Source: an uncultured Pelagibacteraceae bacterium (GTDB lineage: Bacteria > Pseudomonadota > Alphaproteobacteria > Pelagibacterales > Pelagibacteraceae). Taken from it: a stretch of 64,000 nucleotides of DNA. The stretch covers positions 63,683 to 127,682 of the forward strand of contig CACNTN010000003.1 of NCBI GenBank assembly GCA_902623395.1. Reading direction: 5' to 3'. Made by a program: the position numbers and the translations under genes. Within the stretch, counting starts at the first letter, position 1; every line of letters starts with the position of its first letter. Positions 28,821 to 38,156 of this stretch are shown piece after piece. Below the pieces are notes generated by a model that made no database searches, was not told the origin of the DNA, and saw only the letters and a program-made list of their open reading frames with translations.

Positions 28821-29744
28821 ATGAAAAAAGTATACTTAACAATTGCTGCTCTTTTAACATGGGCGATGACATCATTTGCTGCTTTAGCGGTTGATATTAT
28901 TGTAGTGTCACACGGGCAAGCTAATGACCCTTTCTGGTCAGTTGCGAAAAATGGTGTAGATAAAGCTTGTAAAGATATGAAAGTATCTTGCAAATATACT
29001 GCTCCAGCAACATTCGACATGGTCGAAATGGCAAAGTTAATCGACAATGCTGTTTCTCAAAAACCAAAAGGTATCGTAATAACTCTGCCAGATGCTGCTG
29101 CTTTAGGTAAATCTGTTAAAGCTGCAATATCAGCAGGTATTCCAGTAATATCTATGAACTCTGGTTCAGATGACTACATGAAACTAGGAATTAGTGCTCA
29201 CGTTGGTCAAACAGAATTTGAAGCAGGAGTAGGCGGTGGACAAAAAATGAAAGCTGCTGGTGGAAAAAAAGCATTATGTGTTAACCACGAAGTTGGTAAC
29301 GTTGCTTTAGATAGAAGATGTGCTGGTTTCAAAAAAGGCTTTGGAGGTTCTGTAGAAATATTAGGAACATCTAATGACCCAACAGAAATTCAAAAAGCTG
29401 TAGCTGCTAAATTAGGTGGTGGATATGATACTATTCTTACTTTAGGAGCGGGTCTAGCAGGTGAAGCTGCTCTTAAAGCATTAGAGTCAGCTGGTAAAGT
29501 TGGAAGCGTTAAACTTGGAACGTTTGATATGTCTCCAGGTATGCTTAAAGCTGCTGCTGCTGGAAAGGTTGAGTTCTTAATTGACCAACAACAGTACTTA
29601 CAAGGTTACTTACCTATAGCTATCTTTTCTCAATATATGAGATACGGAACTATGCCAGCTGGTGTAGTTATGACAGGACCTGGTTTTGTTACACCTAAAA
29701 ACGCTAAGAGTGTAATTAAATGGGCTGCTCAAGGTTATAGATAA
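28821..29744 (+). CDS. sugar/polyol ABC transporter, periplasmic substrate-binding protein (PBP1/CUT2 type)
   Basis: Signal peptide 'AALLTWAMTSFAALA'. PBP type-1 fold pattern. Visibly less AT-rich, Ala/Gly-rich codon usage. Strong RBS (agaggga) upstream. Confidence 0.85.
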   Translation: MKKVYLTIAALLTWAMTSFAALAVDIIVVSHGQANDPFWSVAKNGVDKACKDMKVSCKYTAPATFDMVEMAKLIDNAVSQKPKGIVITLPDAAALGKSVKAAISAGIPVISMNSGSDDYMKLGISAHVGQTEFEAGVGGGQKMKAAGGKKALCVNHEVGNVALDRRCAGFKKGFGGSVEILGTSNDPTEIQKAVAAKLGGGYDTILTLGAGLAGEAALKALESAGKVGSVKLGTFDMSPGMLKAAAAGKVEFLIDQQQYLQGYLPIAIFSQYMRYGTMPAGVVMTGPGFVTPKNAKSVIKWAAQGYR

Positions 29745-29759
29745 AAAATATATTAAAAA

Positions 29760-29791
29760 GGCCTAGCGAAATTTTGCTAGGCCTTTTTTTT
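29760..29791 (+). terminator. intrinsic terminator/attenuator hairpin between the binding-protein and permease genes
   Basis: Perfect 8-bp GC-rich stem, ggcctagc (29760-29767) / gctaggcc (29776-29783), with an 8-nt loop, followed by an 8-nt T run (29784-29791). Confidence 0.65.
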
Positions 29792-29803
29792 AATTTTTAA
29801 ATT

Positions 29804-30931
29804 ATGTCTATAAAGTCTAAAAGTATAGAAAGTAAATCTGATTTTAATCAGGATGAAAGACTTAAAAAAGTTTCAAACTTAAAAATTCTTTTAAATAGAC
29901 CAGAATTAGGCGCTTTAGGTGGCGCAATTCTGGTATTCTTATTTTTCGGCATTGTTGCAGGTGATACTGGAATGTTTAGCGCCTATGGTATTTTAAATTT
30001 TTTAGATGTTTCAGCTAATCTTGGAATTATTGCCATTGCAGCAGCAATGTTAATGATCGGAGGTGAATTTGACTTATCAATAGGATCAATGATTGGTTTT
30101 GCAGGTATTTGTATAGCCATTCCAGCTATCTATTGGGGATGGCCTCTATGGATGAGTATTATATTTGCTTTTTCAATGGCTGTTCTTGTTGGTTATTTTA
30201 ACGGAATACTTGTGGTAAGAACCGGTCTTCCTTCATTTATAGTCACTCTCGCAATGTTATTTATTTTAAGAGGTGCGACATTAGCATTAACAAGATTAAT
30301 TACTGGTCGTACACAAGTACCAGGTTTAAGAGTTTTAATTGAAAACGATCCTATAGCTTGGATATTTGCAACGGACTCATTTAAATGGGTTTTTACATGG
30401 CTAGGTTCAATGAATTTAATTGCATTAAGAACAGATGGAACCCCCTTAGCTACGGGCATTCCTCCTTCAGTTATTTGGTTTATAGCATTAGCAATTTTAA
30501 CTACCTGGATATTAATGAAAACTAGATACGGAAATTGGATATTTGCATCAGGTGGAGATAAAAACGGAGCAAATAATGTAGGTGTGCCAGTGGGGAGAGT
30601 TAAAATAAGTTTATTTATTGGTACAGCAGTTGCGGCAACGATCTTTGCTACGATACAAGTATTAGATGCTGGATCAGCAGATACTATGCGAGGAACTTTA
30701 AAAGAATTAGAGGCAATCGCAGCTGCTGTAGTTGGTGGATGTTTGCTTACCGGAGGATATGGATCAGCTATTGGTGCAGCTTTTGGAGCAATTATTTTTG
30801 GAACTGTATCTATGGGTATTTTTTATACAGACGTAGACACAGATTGGTTTAAAGTCTTTTTGGGAGCAATGATGCTTATAGCTGTAATATTCAATAATTA
30901 TATTAGAAGAAAAGTAACAGAGAGTAAATAA
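29804..30931 (+). CDS. sugar ABC transporter permease (CUT2, RbsC/FrcC-like)
   Basis: 375 aa and about 10 TM segments. BPD_transp_2-type layout ('[19 protein letters not shown]'). Confidence 0.85.
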   Translation: MSIKSKSIESKSDFNQDERLKKVSNLKILLNRPELGALGGAILVFLFFGIVAGDTGMFSAYGILNFLDVSANLGIIAIAAAMLMIGGEFDLSIGSMIGFAGICIAIPAIYWGWPLWMSIIFAFSMAVLVGYFNGILVVRTGLPSFIVTLAMLFILRGATLALTRLITGRTQVPGLRVLIENDPIAWIFATDSFKWVFTWLGSMNLIALRTDGTPLATGIPPSVIWFIALAILTTWILMKTRYGNWIFASGGDKNGANNVGVPVGRVKISLFIGTAVAATIFATIQVLDAGSADTMRGTLKELEAIAAAVVGGCLLTGGYGSAIGAAFGAIIFGTVSMGIFYTDVDTDWFKVFLGAMMLIAVIFNNYIRRKVTESK

Positions 30932-31722
30932 TGTCAGACTATTTAGTTCAATTTAATAATATAAGTAAATTTTTCGGAAAAGTAATTGCACTTAAAGACG
31001 TAACTATGAAACTTCGTAAAGGTGAGATTATGTGTTTATTGGGTGATAATGGTGCAGGTAAATCTACCTTAATTAAAACACTTGCTGGTGTTCATAAACC
31101 TGATGAGGGAGAAATTATATTTGAAGGTGAAAAAATAATTTTCGATAGTCCAAAAGATGCTTTAGATATTGGTATTGCAACAGTTTATCAAGATTTAGCT
31201 TTAGTTCCTTTAATGAGCGTTACCAGAAATTTTTTTATGGGAAGAGAGCCTTTAAAAGGACCTCCTTTTTTAAAAACTTTTGATATAGAAAAAGCAAATA
31301 AAATCGCTGCTGAGAGAATGGGTCAAATTGGAATAGATGTAAGAGACCCATCACAAGCAGTTGGAACTATGTCAGGAGGAGAAAGACAGTGTCTTGCAAT
31401 AAGCAGAGCTATCTATTTTGGTGCAAAAGTCTTGGTACTCGATGAACCAACCTCAGCATTAGGAGTTCATCAAGCATCTGTAGTATTAAAGTATATAGTT
31501 AAAGCTGCATCACAAGGTTTAGCCGTGATTTTAATTACTCATAACGTTCACCACGCTTATCCTGTTGGAAACAGTTTTACAGTTTTGAATAGAGGAAAGA
31601 GCCTAGGCACTTACGAAAAAAAGGACATTTCTAGAGAAAAACTTTTAAGTATGATGGCTGGAGGTGAAGAGCTTGATAAATTAGAAGTTGAGCTTAAAGA
31701 AATGAACAGAGTTTCTTCTTAA
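30931..31722 (+). CDS. sugar ABC transporter ATP-binding protein (single ABC domain, FrcA-like)
   Basis: Walker A 'GDNGAGKST', signature 'MSGGERQ', Walker B 'VLVLDEPT'. It is 263 aa with one cassette, rather than the duplicated RbsA/MglA type. Confidence 0.9.
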   Translation: MSDYLVQFNNISKFFGKVIALKDVTMKLRKGEIMCLLGDNGAGKSTLIKTLAGVHKPDEGEIIFEGEKIIFDSPKDALDIGIATVYQDLALVPLMSVTRNFFMGREPLKGPPFLKTFDIEKANKIAAERMGQIGIDVRDPSQAVGTMSGGERQCLAISRAIYFGAKVLVLDEPTSALGVHQASVVLKYIVKAASQGLAVILITHNVHHAYPVGNSFTVLNRGKSLGTYEKKDISREKLLSMMAGGEELDKLEVELKEMNRVSS

Positions 31723-31724
31723 GA

Positions 31725-32609
31725 ATGCAAGTAGGAATAGACTTAGGTGCTACTAAAATTGAATATGTTGTTTTAGATAATAATAATTCAGAGATAATTA
31801 GACAAAGAGAAAATACACCAAGCAATTATAAAAAACTTTTAGAAGTAATTTCATCTATTATTAAGAGATTATCTGCAAAATATAATCAAGATTTAAACGT
31901 AGGTATTTGCCACCCAGGATCAATGGACTCAATAGGTAGAGTTTTTAATACTTATAATTTAAAATGTATTAAAGATAAAAAAATTAAACAAGATTTATCA
32001 TCATTAGTTTCAAATAAATTAAAATTCGAAAACGATGCAAATTGTTTTGCTTTATCGGAGGCTACAGATGGTGTTGCGAAAAATTTTAATTCAGTTTTTG
32101 GAATTATTCTTGGCTCTGGCACAGGTGGTGGATATGTAATAAATAGAAAAATAATACGTGGAGCAAATCACATAGCTGGTGAATGGGGTCATAATTTTTT
32201 ACCTGGATATGGATTAAATGAAAAGAGAACTAAGATTAAATATGATTATAAATTCACATCTCAACAATTTATTTCAGGAAAAGGATTAGAAAAATTATAC
32301 AAAAGCAAAAAAAATTTAAAAAAGAATGCACATCAAATTCTTAATAATAAAAGAAATAAAAAATTTATATTATCTTTTAAAGATAGACTAGCACGTTCTT
32401 TAGCTTCATTAATAAATATCATTGATCCTGATATAATTGTTTTTGGCGGGGGTTTATCAAATGAAATTAAGGATCTAGATGAAATAAAAATTATTGTAAC
32501 AAAATATCTAGAAGTTAAAAAATTAAATACGGTTTTTAGTCATCCAGCTCATGGTGATGCAAGCGGTGTAAGGGGTGCTGCATTTTTAGTAAGAGATAAT
32601 ATTATTTGA
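31725..32609 (+). CDS. ROK-family sugar kinase (NagK/Mak-like) lacking the ROK zinc-cysteine motif
   Basis: 'GIDLGATK', 'ENDANCFALSEA', 'LGSGTGGG', 'GEWGH', 'GGGLSN' and 'GDASGVRGAAFL' are collinear with E. coli NagK. The CxCGxxGCxE block is absent. Confidence 0.75.
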   Translation: MQVGIDLGATKIEYVVLDNNNSEIIRQRENTPSNYKKLLEVISSIIKRLSAKYNQDLNVGICHPGSMDSIGRVFNTYNLKCIKDKKIKQDLSSLVSNKLKFENDANCFALSEATDGVAKNFNSVFGIILGSGTGGGYVINRKIIRGANHIAGEWGHNFLPGYGLNEKRTKIKYDYKFTSQQFISGKGLEKLYKSKKNLKKNAHQILNNKRNKKFILSFKDRLARSLASLINIIDPDIIVFGGGLSNEIKDLDEIKIIVTKYLEVKKLNTVFSHPAHGDASGVRGAAFLVRDNII

Positions 32610-33759
32610 GAATTTTTTTTATTTTTTCCTGGGTAAAACTAGGTGGAATTTTACATTTAGTTGACAAGATCTCAGTTTTTTTTGTCTTAGCGGACGTCAT
32701 TATAGATTGAATAATATCTAATACGTGAAGAGAGAGATCACCATTACACATATGTTCCTTTTTATTTTCTATTGAATAAGCCATTTCAGATAAGCCAGCT
32801 CCTCTATAGTTTGCATTTGTAGGTGACTCATTAGCTCTTGAGCTTTGACTTTTTATATTTATCTTACCTAATTCTAAATTGTGTGTTTCGTGTTCTGTCC
32901 ATTTACCTCCTAATTCAAGGCAGGTAAATACTGAACCACCAAACATATTAGGATCAGTTACAATAATTGATCCTTTTTCACCGTACAATTCTATATGATT
33001 TCTTTTGTGATCCTTTACATCAAAAGATAAAGTCATTTGAATAAGAGAATTGTTTTGAAATTCTAAAGTTGAAACATAAGTAGTGTCACATTCAACTTTA
33101 AACCTTTTGCCTTTTCTAGGGCCAATACCAATCTCTCTTTCTTCGAATACTTTTTTTGATCTGCTGGTGACACACTTAACAGGTCCTAATAAAGTTACTA
33201 AAGCTGTAATATAGTAGGGGCCCATATCAATTACTGGACCACCTTCTTTTTCTGAAAACCAAGGCTCGGGGCTAGGATGGTAAGATTGCACACCAGGATA
33301 TGCAAAAATTGCATTTCCTAAATTTACTTTACCAACTAATCCACTTTCAATTAATTCTTTTGACTTTTGAATACCCGCACCTAGAACAGTGTCTGGAGCA
33401 CAACCCAAATAAAGATTATTTTTTTTTGCTAAATCCAATAGTTTTTTTCCATCCTCAAAATTAATACATAGTGGTTTTTCACTATAAGAATGTTTACCTG
33501 AATTAAGTGCTTTTTCAGACACTGCGTAATGTGCTTGAGGTATAGTAAGATTTAAAATAATTTCTACGTTCTGATCTTTATATATATTATCTAAACTTAC
33601 AGCCTCTATTCCATAATTTTTTGCACATTTATTTGCTGTTTCAATATTTAAATCAGCGCATTTTATGATCTTTATATTATTGAAATATTCTTGCGCTCTA
33701 AAATAGGTCTCTGAAATATGTCCGCAGCCAACTAGACCAACGTTAAAAACTTTATTCAT
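32602..33759 (-). CDS. Gfo/Idh/MocA-family oxidoreductase (possible second inositol/inosose dehydrogenase)
   Basis: 'VGLVGCGHIS' Rossmann fold and 'YSEKPL'. 385 aa. Lies directly downstream of iolD on the same strand. Confidence 0.7.
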   Translation of the reverse strand: MNKVFNVGLVGCGHISETYFRAQEYFNNIKIIKCADLNIETANKCAKNYGIEAVSLDNIYKDQNVEIILNLTIPQAHYAVSEKALNSGKHSYSEKPLCINFEDGKKLLDLAKKNNLYLGCAPDTVLGAGIQKSKELIESGLVGKVNLGNAIFAYPGVQSYHPSPEPWFSEKEGGPVIDMGPYYITALVTLLGPVKCVTSRSKKVFEEREIGIGPRKGKRFKVECDTTYVSTLEFQNNSLIQMTLSFDVKDHKRNHIELYGEKGSIIVTDPNMFGGSVFTCLELGGKWTEHETHNLELGKINIKSQSSRANESPTNANYRGAGLSEMAYSIENKKEHMCNGDLSLHVLDIIQSIMTSAKTKKTEILSTKCKIPPSFTQEKIKKILK

Positions 33760-33764
33760 AATGA

Positions 33765-35609
33765 CTAAACACCTTTTCTTTGTTTTTTCTTACCTTCAAG
33801 ATGTTCTTTAAGTGATTTTTTGTTTTCTTCTGTTGTAGGAATTCCAAGAGTAGGGCTTTCCCAGTAAGCTGATCCTTCTAACCATTGATAGCCATCAGTA
33901 TGAATTGAAATTACATAAGTTTTTTTTGATTTCTTTGCTCGTTTAAATGCCTCTTCTAATTCAGCTATAGAATTAACATGTTCACCATCTGCTCCCATAC
34001 TTTTAGCATGTCCTGCAAAATCTACAGGCACTAAGTTAGTATTCTTTGAACTTTTGAGTAAGCAATTAAATTCTTTACCACCTTTATATAATTGCAATCT
34101 ATTAATCACGGCGTGGCCACCATTGTCACAAACAATTAGTATTAATTTATTATTTGTTATTACAGAGCTATATATGTCAGAGTTGAAAAGCAGATAAGAT
34201 CCATCACCTACAAATGAAATAACTTCTTTATCTGGGTTTGCCATTTTAATACCAAGTGCCCCAGAAATTTCATAACTCATACAACTAAAACCCCATTCAG
34301 TTTCATGAGTATTTAACTCTCTTGGCTTCCAGACCTGTATTACTTCACCAACTAATCCCCCAGCAGCAGTAACAGCAATATCAGAAGGATCTGAATTTCT
34401 ATAACAAGCTCCTATAACTTGAGCGTAGCTCGGAAGTTTTTGATTGGTTGGACCACTCTCTTTATCAACGTAAGCTTCCCAATTTTTAAGTTCTAATCTT
34501 GATTTTTTATACCAACTATCATCTGCTTTCCAGCTTCCCAAAGCATGGGATAGTTCCATTAAAGAAACTTTAGCATCTCCAACAATTGCTTGTGCCATGT
34601 GTTTATTTGCATCAAATCGTGCGGCATTTACAGAAACTAATTTAAAATTCGGATTTTCAAAATTTGCCCAAGAGCCAGTAGTAAAATCTGCAAGTTTAGT
34701 TCCAATAGCAATCGCTGTATCAGTTTCTTTACTTAAATTGTTTGCAGCTTTTCCACCTAATCCACCAATAGTTCCTAAATAATGAGTATGATCTTTTTTC
34801 ATCGATGAATATCCCATAACAGTTTGTGTTACAGGAATGTTATGTTTTTTTGCAAAATTGCTTAATTCATCTGTTGCATCTGAATAAAAAACTCCTCCAC
34901 CAGCAATAATAATTGGTTTCTTTGATCTTTTAATAAGCTTTGCTGCCTCTTTGATTTGGAAATCGTCTGGCCTAGGTCTTCTAATTGTATGAAGTCTTTC
35001 TTTAAAAAATTCTTCTGGATAATCATAAACTTCACCTTGAACATCTTGACTTAAAGAAATACATGCTGGTCCACAATCGGCAGGATCTAACATTACTTGT
35101 ATTGCTTGTTGTAAGCTTGAAATGATCTGCTCTGGTCTAGTAATTCTATCAAAATATCTCACAACAGATTTAAATCCATCATTCTGTGTTATTCCAGGAT
35201 TATTAAAATGTTCAACTTGTTGCAATACTGGATCTGGCATTCTATTAGCAAATGTATCACCAGGTAAAAAAAGTATTGGGAGTCTATTGCTCATTGCAAC
35301 AGCTGCTGCGGTAATCATATTTGTTGATCCCGGGCCTACAGAAGAAGTCGCAACAAAAATTTGTTTACGTCTTTTAGCTCTTGAATAAGCTATACCTGTA
35401 AGAGCCATATTTTGTTCATGATGGCCTCTCCATGTAGGAAGCTCTTTTTGGTTTTCCTGAAGAGCTTGACCTAAACATGCAACATTACCGTGACCAAAAA
35501 TTCCAAACACACCTGGAAATAAGGGTGCTTTTTTTCCATCTATGAGAGTTTTCTGAGCAATTAGATATTTGACTAAAGCGTGAGCACAAGTAAGTTGAAT
35601 ATTTTTCAT
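33765..35609 (-). CDS. iolD: 3D-(3,5/4)-trihydroxycyclohexane-1,2-dione acylhydrolase (ThDP-dependent)
   Basis: 'FGIFGHGNV', 'VGPGSTNM', 'PDPVLQQVEH', 'RYFDRITRPEQ' and 'GDGSYLL' are collinear with B. subtilis IolD as I recall it. 614 aa. Confidence 0.9.
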   Translation of the reverse strand: MKNIQLTCAHALVKYLIAQKTLIDGKKAPLFPGVFGIFGHGNVACLGQALQENQKELPTWRGHHEQNMALTGIAYSRAKRRKQIFVATSSVGPGSTNMITAAAVAMSNRLPILFLPGDTFANRMPDPVLQQVEHFNNPGITQNDGFKSVVRYFDRITRPEQIISSLQQAIQVMLDPADCGPACISLSQDVQGEVYDYPEEFFKERLHTIRRPRPDDFQIKEAAKLIKRSKKPIIIAGGGVFYSDATDELSNFAKKHNIPVTQTVMGYSSMKKDHTHYLGTIGGLGGKAANNLSKETDTAIAIGTKLADFTTGSWANFENPNFKLVSVNAARFDANKHMAQAIVGDAKVSLMELSHALGSWKADDSWYKKSRLELKNWEAYVDKESGPTNQKLPSYAQVIGACYRNSDPSDIAVTAAGGLVGEVIQVWKPRELNTHETEWGFSCMSYEISGALGIKMANPDKEVISFVGDGSYLLFNSDIYSSVITNNKLILIVCDNGGHAVINRLQLYKGGKEFNCLLKSSKNTNLVPVDFAGHAKSMGADGEHVNSIAELEEAFKRAKKSKKTYVISIHTDGYQWLEGSAYWESPTLGIPTTEENKKSLKEHLEGKKKQRKGV

Positions 35610-35658
35610 AAATTCAATATAAACTATTTAATTAATATTCTTTATTCAACAATAATAT

Positions 35659-37104
35659 ATGTACGATAAATACGGACAGTTCATTGATGGTAAGTGGCAA
35701 AAGTCTGCAAGTGGTGAAACTTACAATGTAATTAATCCTGCAACTGAAGAAGTAATAGGGAAAGCATCAAAAGCAAATAGTTCAGACATTCAAAAAGCTC
35801 TTAAATCAGCTGAAAAAGGTTTGCAAATTTGGAAAAATACATCTCCCTGGGAAAGATCTAAAGTTATAAGAAAGATATCTGATCTAATAAGAAAAAGGGT
35901 TGATGTTCTCTCAAAATGGTTAACACTTGAGGTAGGAAAGCCATTATCGGAGGGTCCAGGAGAAATAGGTGGTGCAGCAGATATTTTTGAATGGAATTCT
36001 GAGGAAACTAAAAGAATATTTGGAGAAATAAATCAAAGTCGATTTCCAAATACCCAAATTCACGTTATGTATCAGCCAGTGGGCGTTGTTGCAGCTTTAG
36101 TACCGTGGAATTTTCCTGTTATCCTTGCATCTAGAAAAATTTCAACTGCCTTAGCTGCAGGGTGTTCAGTTATAGTTAAACCAGATGTAATTACACCAGG
36201 CAGCGTTATGGAAATAGTTGATATTTGTAGAGAAGCAGGAGTTCCGCCAGGAGTAGTAAATTTGTTATCTGGTGATCCGGCTGCAATTTCTGAAGAATTA
36301 ATTAAGTCAGATGTTATTAAAAAGATTTCTATTACTGGATCAACACGAGTTGGTAAATTAATTCTCAAACAAGCTGCAGATAAAGTTCAAAGAGTAACAA
36401 TGGAATTAAGTGGTCACTCACCATTTATAGTTTTTGATGATGTAGATCTAAATAAAGTTACAGATATGGCAATAACTTCAAAATTTAGGAATAATGGGCA
36501 AGTGTGTATTTCGCCTAATAGATTTTATATACACGAAAAGAAAAAAGATGAATTTGCAAATTTAATGGTCGAAAAAACAAAAAAACTAAAAATTGGGAAT
36601 GGTATGGATAAAGATACATTGCTAGGTCCTTTATGTACTAAACAAAGGTTAGAGGGAGTTGAAAAATTAGTAGAAACTACAAAAAAAGAGGGTGGTAAAG
36701 TCTTGCTTGGAGGCAAAAGAGCTGCAAACTTTAATAAAGGATATTTCTACGAACCGACAATATTCGATAATGTAAAAGATAATTTTACTGTTATGAAAGA
36801 AGAGCCATTCGGCCCTATAGTTCCTATTTTAACTTTTAAAGATTTTGATGAAGTAATGGACAGAGCAAATAATAATGATCTAGGTTTATGTAGTTATGTT
36901 TACACAACTGATTTAAAAAAAGCTAATAAAGCGTCTGAAATACTTGAGACTGGTTGCGTAGCAGTTAATACCCCTGTTGTTGCTGTCGCCGAAGCTCCAT
37001 TTGGTGGAATTAAACAAACCGGTTACGGTAGAGAAGGTGGTTCAATGGCTATAAAAGACTATTTAAATATTAAATATACTCATTTCGGTATTTCTTACGA
37101 ATGA
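35659..37104 (+). CDS. NAD(P)-dependent aldehyde dehydrogenase (hydrolytic type; SSADH/KGSADH-like)
   Basis: 'VPWNFP', general-base Glu in 'MELSGHSP', catalytic Cys in 'GQVCISPNR', and 'EEPFGP'. 481 aa. Confidence 0.85.
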   Translation: MYDKYGQFIDGKWQKSASGETYNVINPATEEVIGKASKANSSDIQKALKSAEKGLQIWKNTSPWERSKVIRKISDLIRKRVDVLSKWLTLEVGKPLSEGPGEIGGAADIFEWNSEETKRIFGEINQSRFPNTQIHVMYQPVGVVAALVPWNFPVILASRKISTALAAGCSVIVKPDVITPGSVMEIVDICREAGVPPGVVNLLSGDPAAISEELIKSDVIKKISITGSTRVGKLILKQAADKVQRVTMELSGHSPFIVFDDVDLNKVTDMAITSKFRNNGQVCISPNRFYIHEKKKDEFANLMVEKTKKLKIGNGMDKDTLLGPLCTKQRLEGVEKLVETTKKEGGKVLLGGKRAANFNKGYFYEPTIFDNVKDNFTVMKEEPFGPIVPILTFKDFDEVMDRANNNDLGLCSYVYTTDLKKANKASEILETGCVAVNTPVVAVAEAPFGGIKQTGYGREGGSMAIKDYLNIKYTHFGISYE

Positions 37105-37889
37105 GAAAAAATAAAATAAAAGAATTATTTAAGGCAGGTAAACCTATCATAAACAGTTGGTTATCAGTGCCTAGTTCATTTTCAGCTGAAGTAATGGCAA
37201 ATCAAGATTGGGACTCATTAACAATAGACATGCAGCATGGCCTAATAGATTACCCTAGTGCAGTTGGTATGTTACAAGCAATTTCAACAACTGAAACAAC
37301 TCCAATGGCTAGAGTTAACTGGAATGAACCAGGTCAAATTATGAAAATATTAGATGCTGGTTGCTATGGAATTATTTGCCCGATGGTCAGCAACAGAACC
37401 GAGGCAGAAAAGTTTGTACAAGCTTGTCAGTATCCACCTAAAGGGTACAGAAGCTTTGGGCCTATTAGAGCAAGTATTTACGGCGAAAGTGATTACGCTA
37501 AATACGCCAATAGTGAAATTTTAAAGATTGCAATGATAGAAACAAAAGAAGCTTTGGAAAAACTTGATGAAATTTTAGATACTCCTAATCTTGATGGTAT
37601 TTATATTGGCCCAGCAGATCTTAGTCTGGCGGTAGGAGAAGAACCAGGTTTTGATAGAGATGAAAAATCAAAAGCTTACAATGAAATTTTAAGAATTCTT
37701 GATGCAGCAAAAAAGAGAAATCTATTAGCTGGTTTACATAATGGCACGGCAGAATATGCTTTGAAAATGATTAAAAAAGGATTTAACTTAGTAACAGTAG
37801 GATCTGATAGCAGATATATTACAGCTGGTGCCAAATCTGATTTAGAAAAATTAAAAGGGATTAAAGGATCTAAATCTAAAGGATATTAA
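37101..37889 (+). CDS. HpcH/HpaI-family 2-keto-3-deoxy-acid aldolase
   Basis: 262 aa. 'DSLTIDMQHG', 'PMARVNWNEP', 'GIICPMV', 'IETKEALE' and 'DGIYIGPADLS' follow the HpaI/GarL/YfaU pattern. ATGA-coupled to the ALDH gene. Confidence 0.8.
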   Translation: MRKNKIKELFKAGKPIINSWLSVPSSFSAEVMANQDWDSLTIDMQHGLIDYPSAVGMLQAISTTETTPMARVNWNEPGQIMKILDAGCYGIICPMVSNRTEAEKFVQACQYPPKGYRSFGPIRASIYGESDYAKYANSEILKIAMIETKEALEKLDEILDTPNLDGIYIGPADLSLAVGEEPGFDRDEKSKAYNEILRILDAAKKRNLLAGLHNGTAEYALKMIKKGFNLVTVGSDSRYITAGAKSDLEKLKGIKGSKSKGY

Positions 37890-37895
37890 AAATAG

Positions 37896-38156
37896 ATGTA
37901 TTACGTATATATGCTCAAATCTATGGGCATAAAGTCAATTACATACGTAGGTTATACAAAAAACTTAAAAAAAAGAATCAATCTACATAATGCTGGCAAA
38001 GGGGCAAAATTTACAAGAGGCAGAAAATGGAAACTTATTTATATGGAAAAAAAGAAATCAAAAAAAGAGGCAATTTCTAGAGAATATTATATAAAGAAAA
38101 ATAGAACTCTTAGAAATAAAATAAAAAATGAAAATATCAATTCTTTTACCATATAA
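37896..38156 (+). CDS. GIY-YIG nuclease-superfamily protein (UPF0213/YhbQ-like)
   Basis: 'YYVYMLKS...TYVGYTKNLKKRINLHNAGKGAKFTRGRKWKLIYME' has the GIY...YVG core plus conserved Arg/Glu. 86 aa. Confidence 0.8.
   Translation: MYYVYMLKSMGIKSITYVGYTKNLKKRINLHNAGKGAKFTRGRKWKLIYMEKKKSKKEAISREYYIKKNRTLRNKIKNENINSFTI

Noticed and set aside
28733-29047. 104-aa minus-strand ORF overlapping the promoter and start of the binding-protein gene
   Set aside because: It is antisense to a strongly supported, signal-peptide-bearing binding-protein gene. It has no motif support and would remove the obvious leader and RBS.
37896-37904. 9-bp identity (atgtattac) between the left edge of the islet (37896-37904) and the non-coding tract (44364-44372), as possible att direct repeats
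   Set aside because: A 9-mer match between two AT-rich regions of this size is within chance expectation by rough hand estimate. The left copy is simply the Met-Tyr-Tyr start of the GIY-YIG gene.
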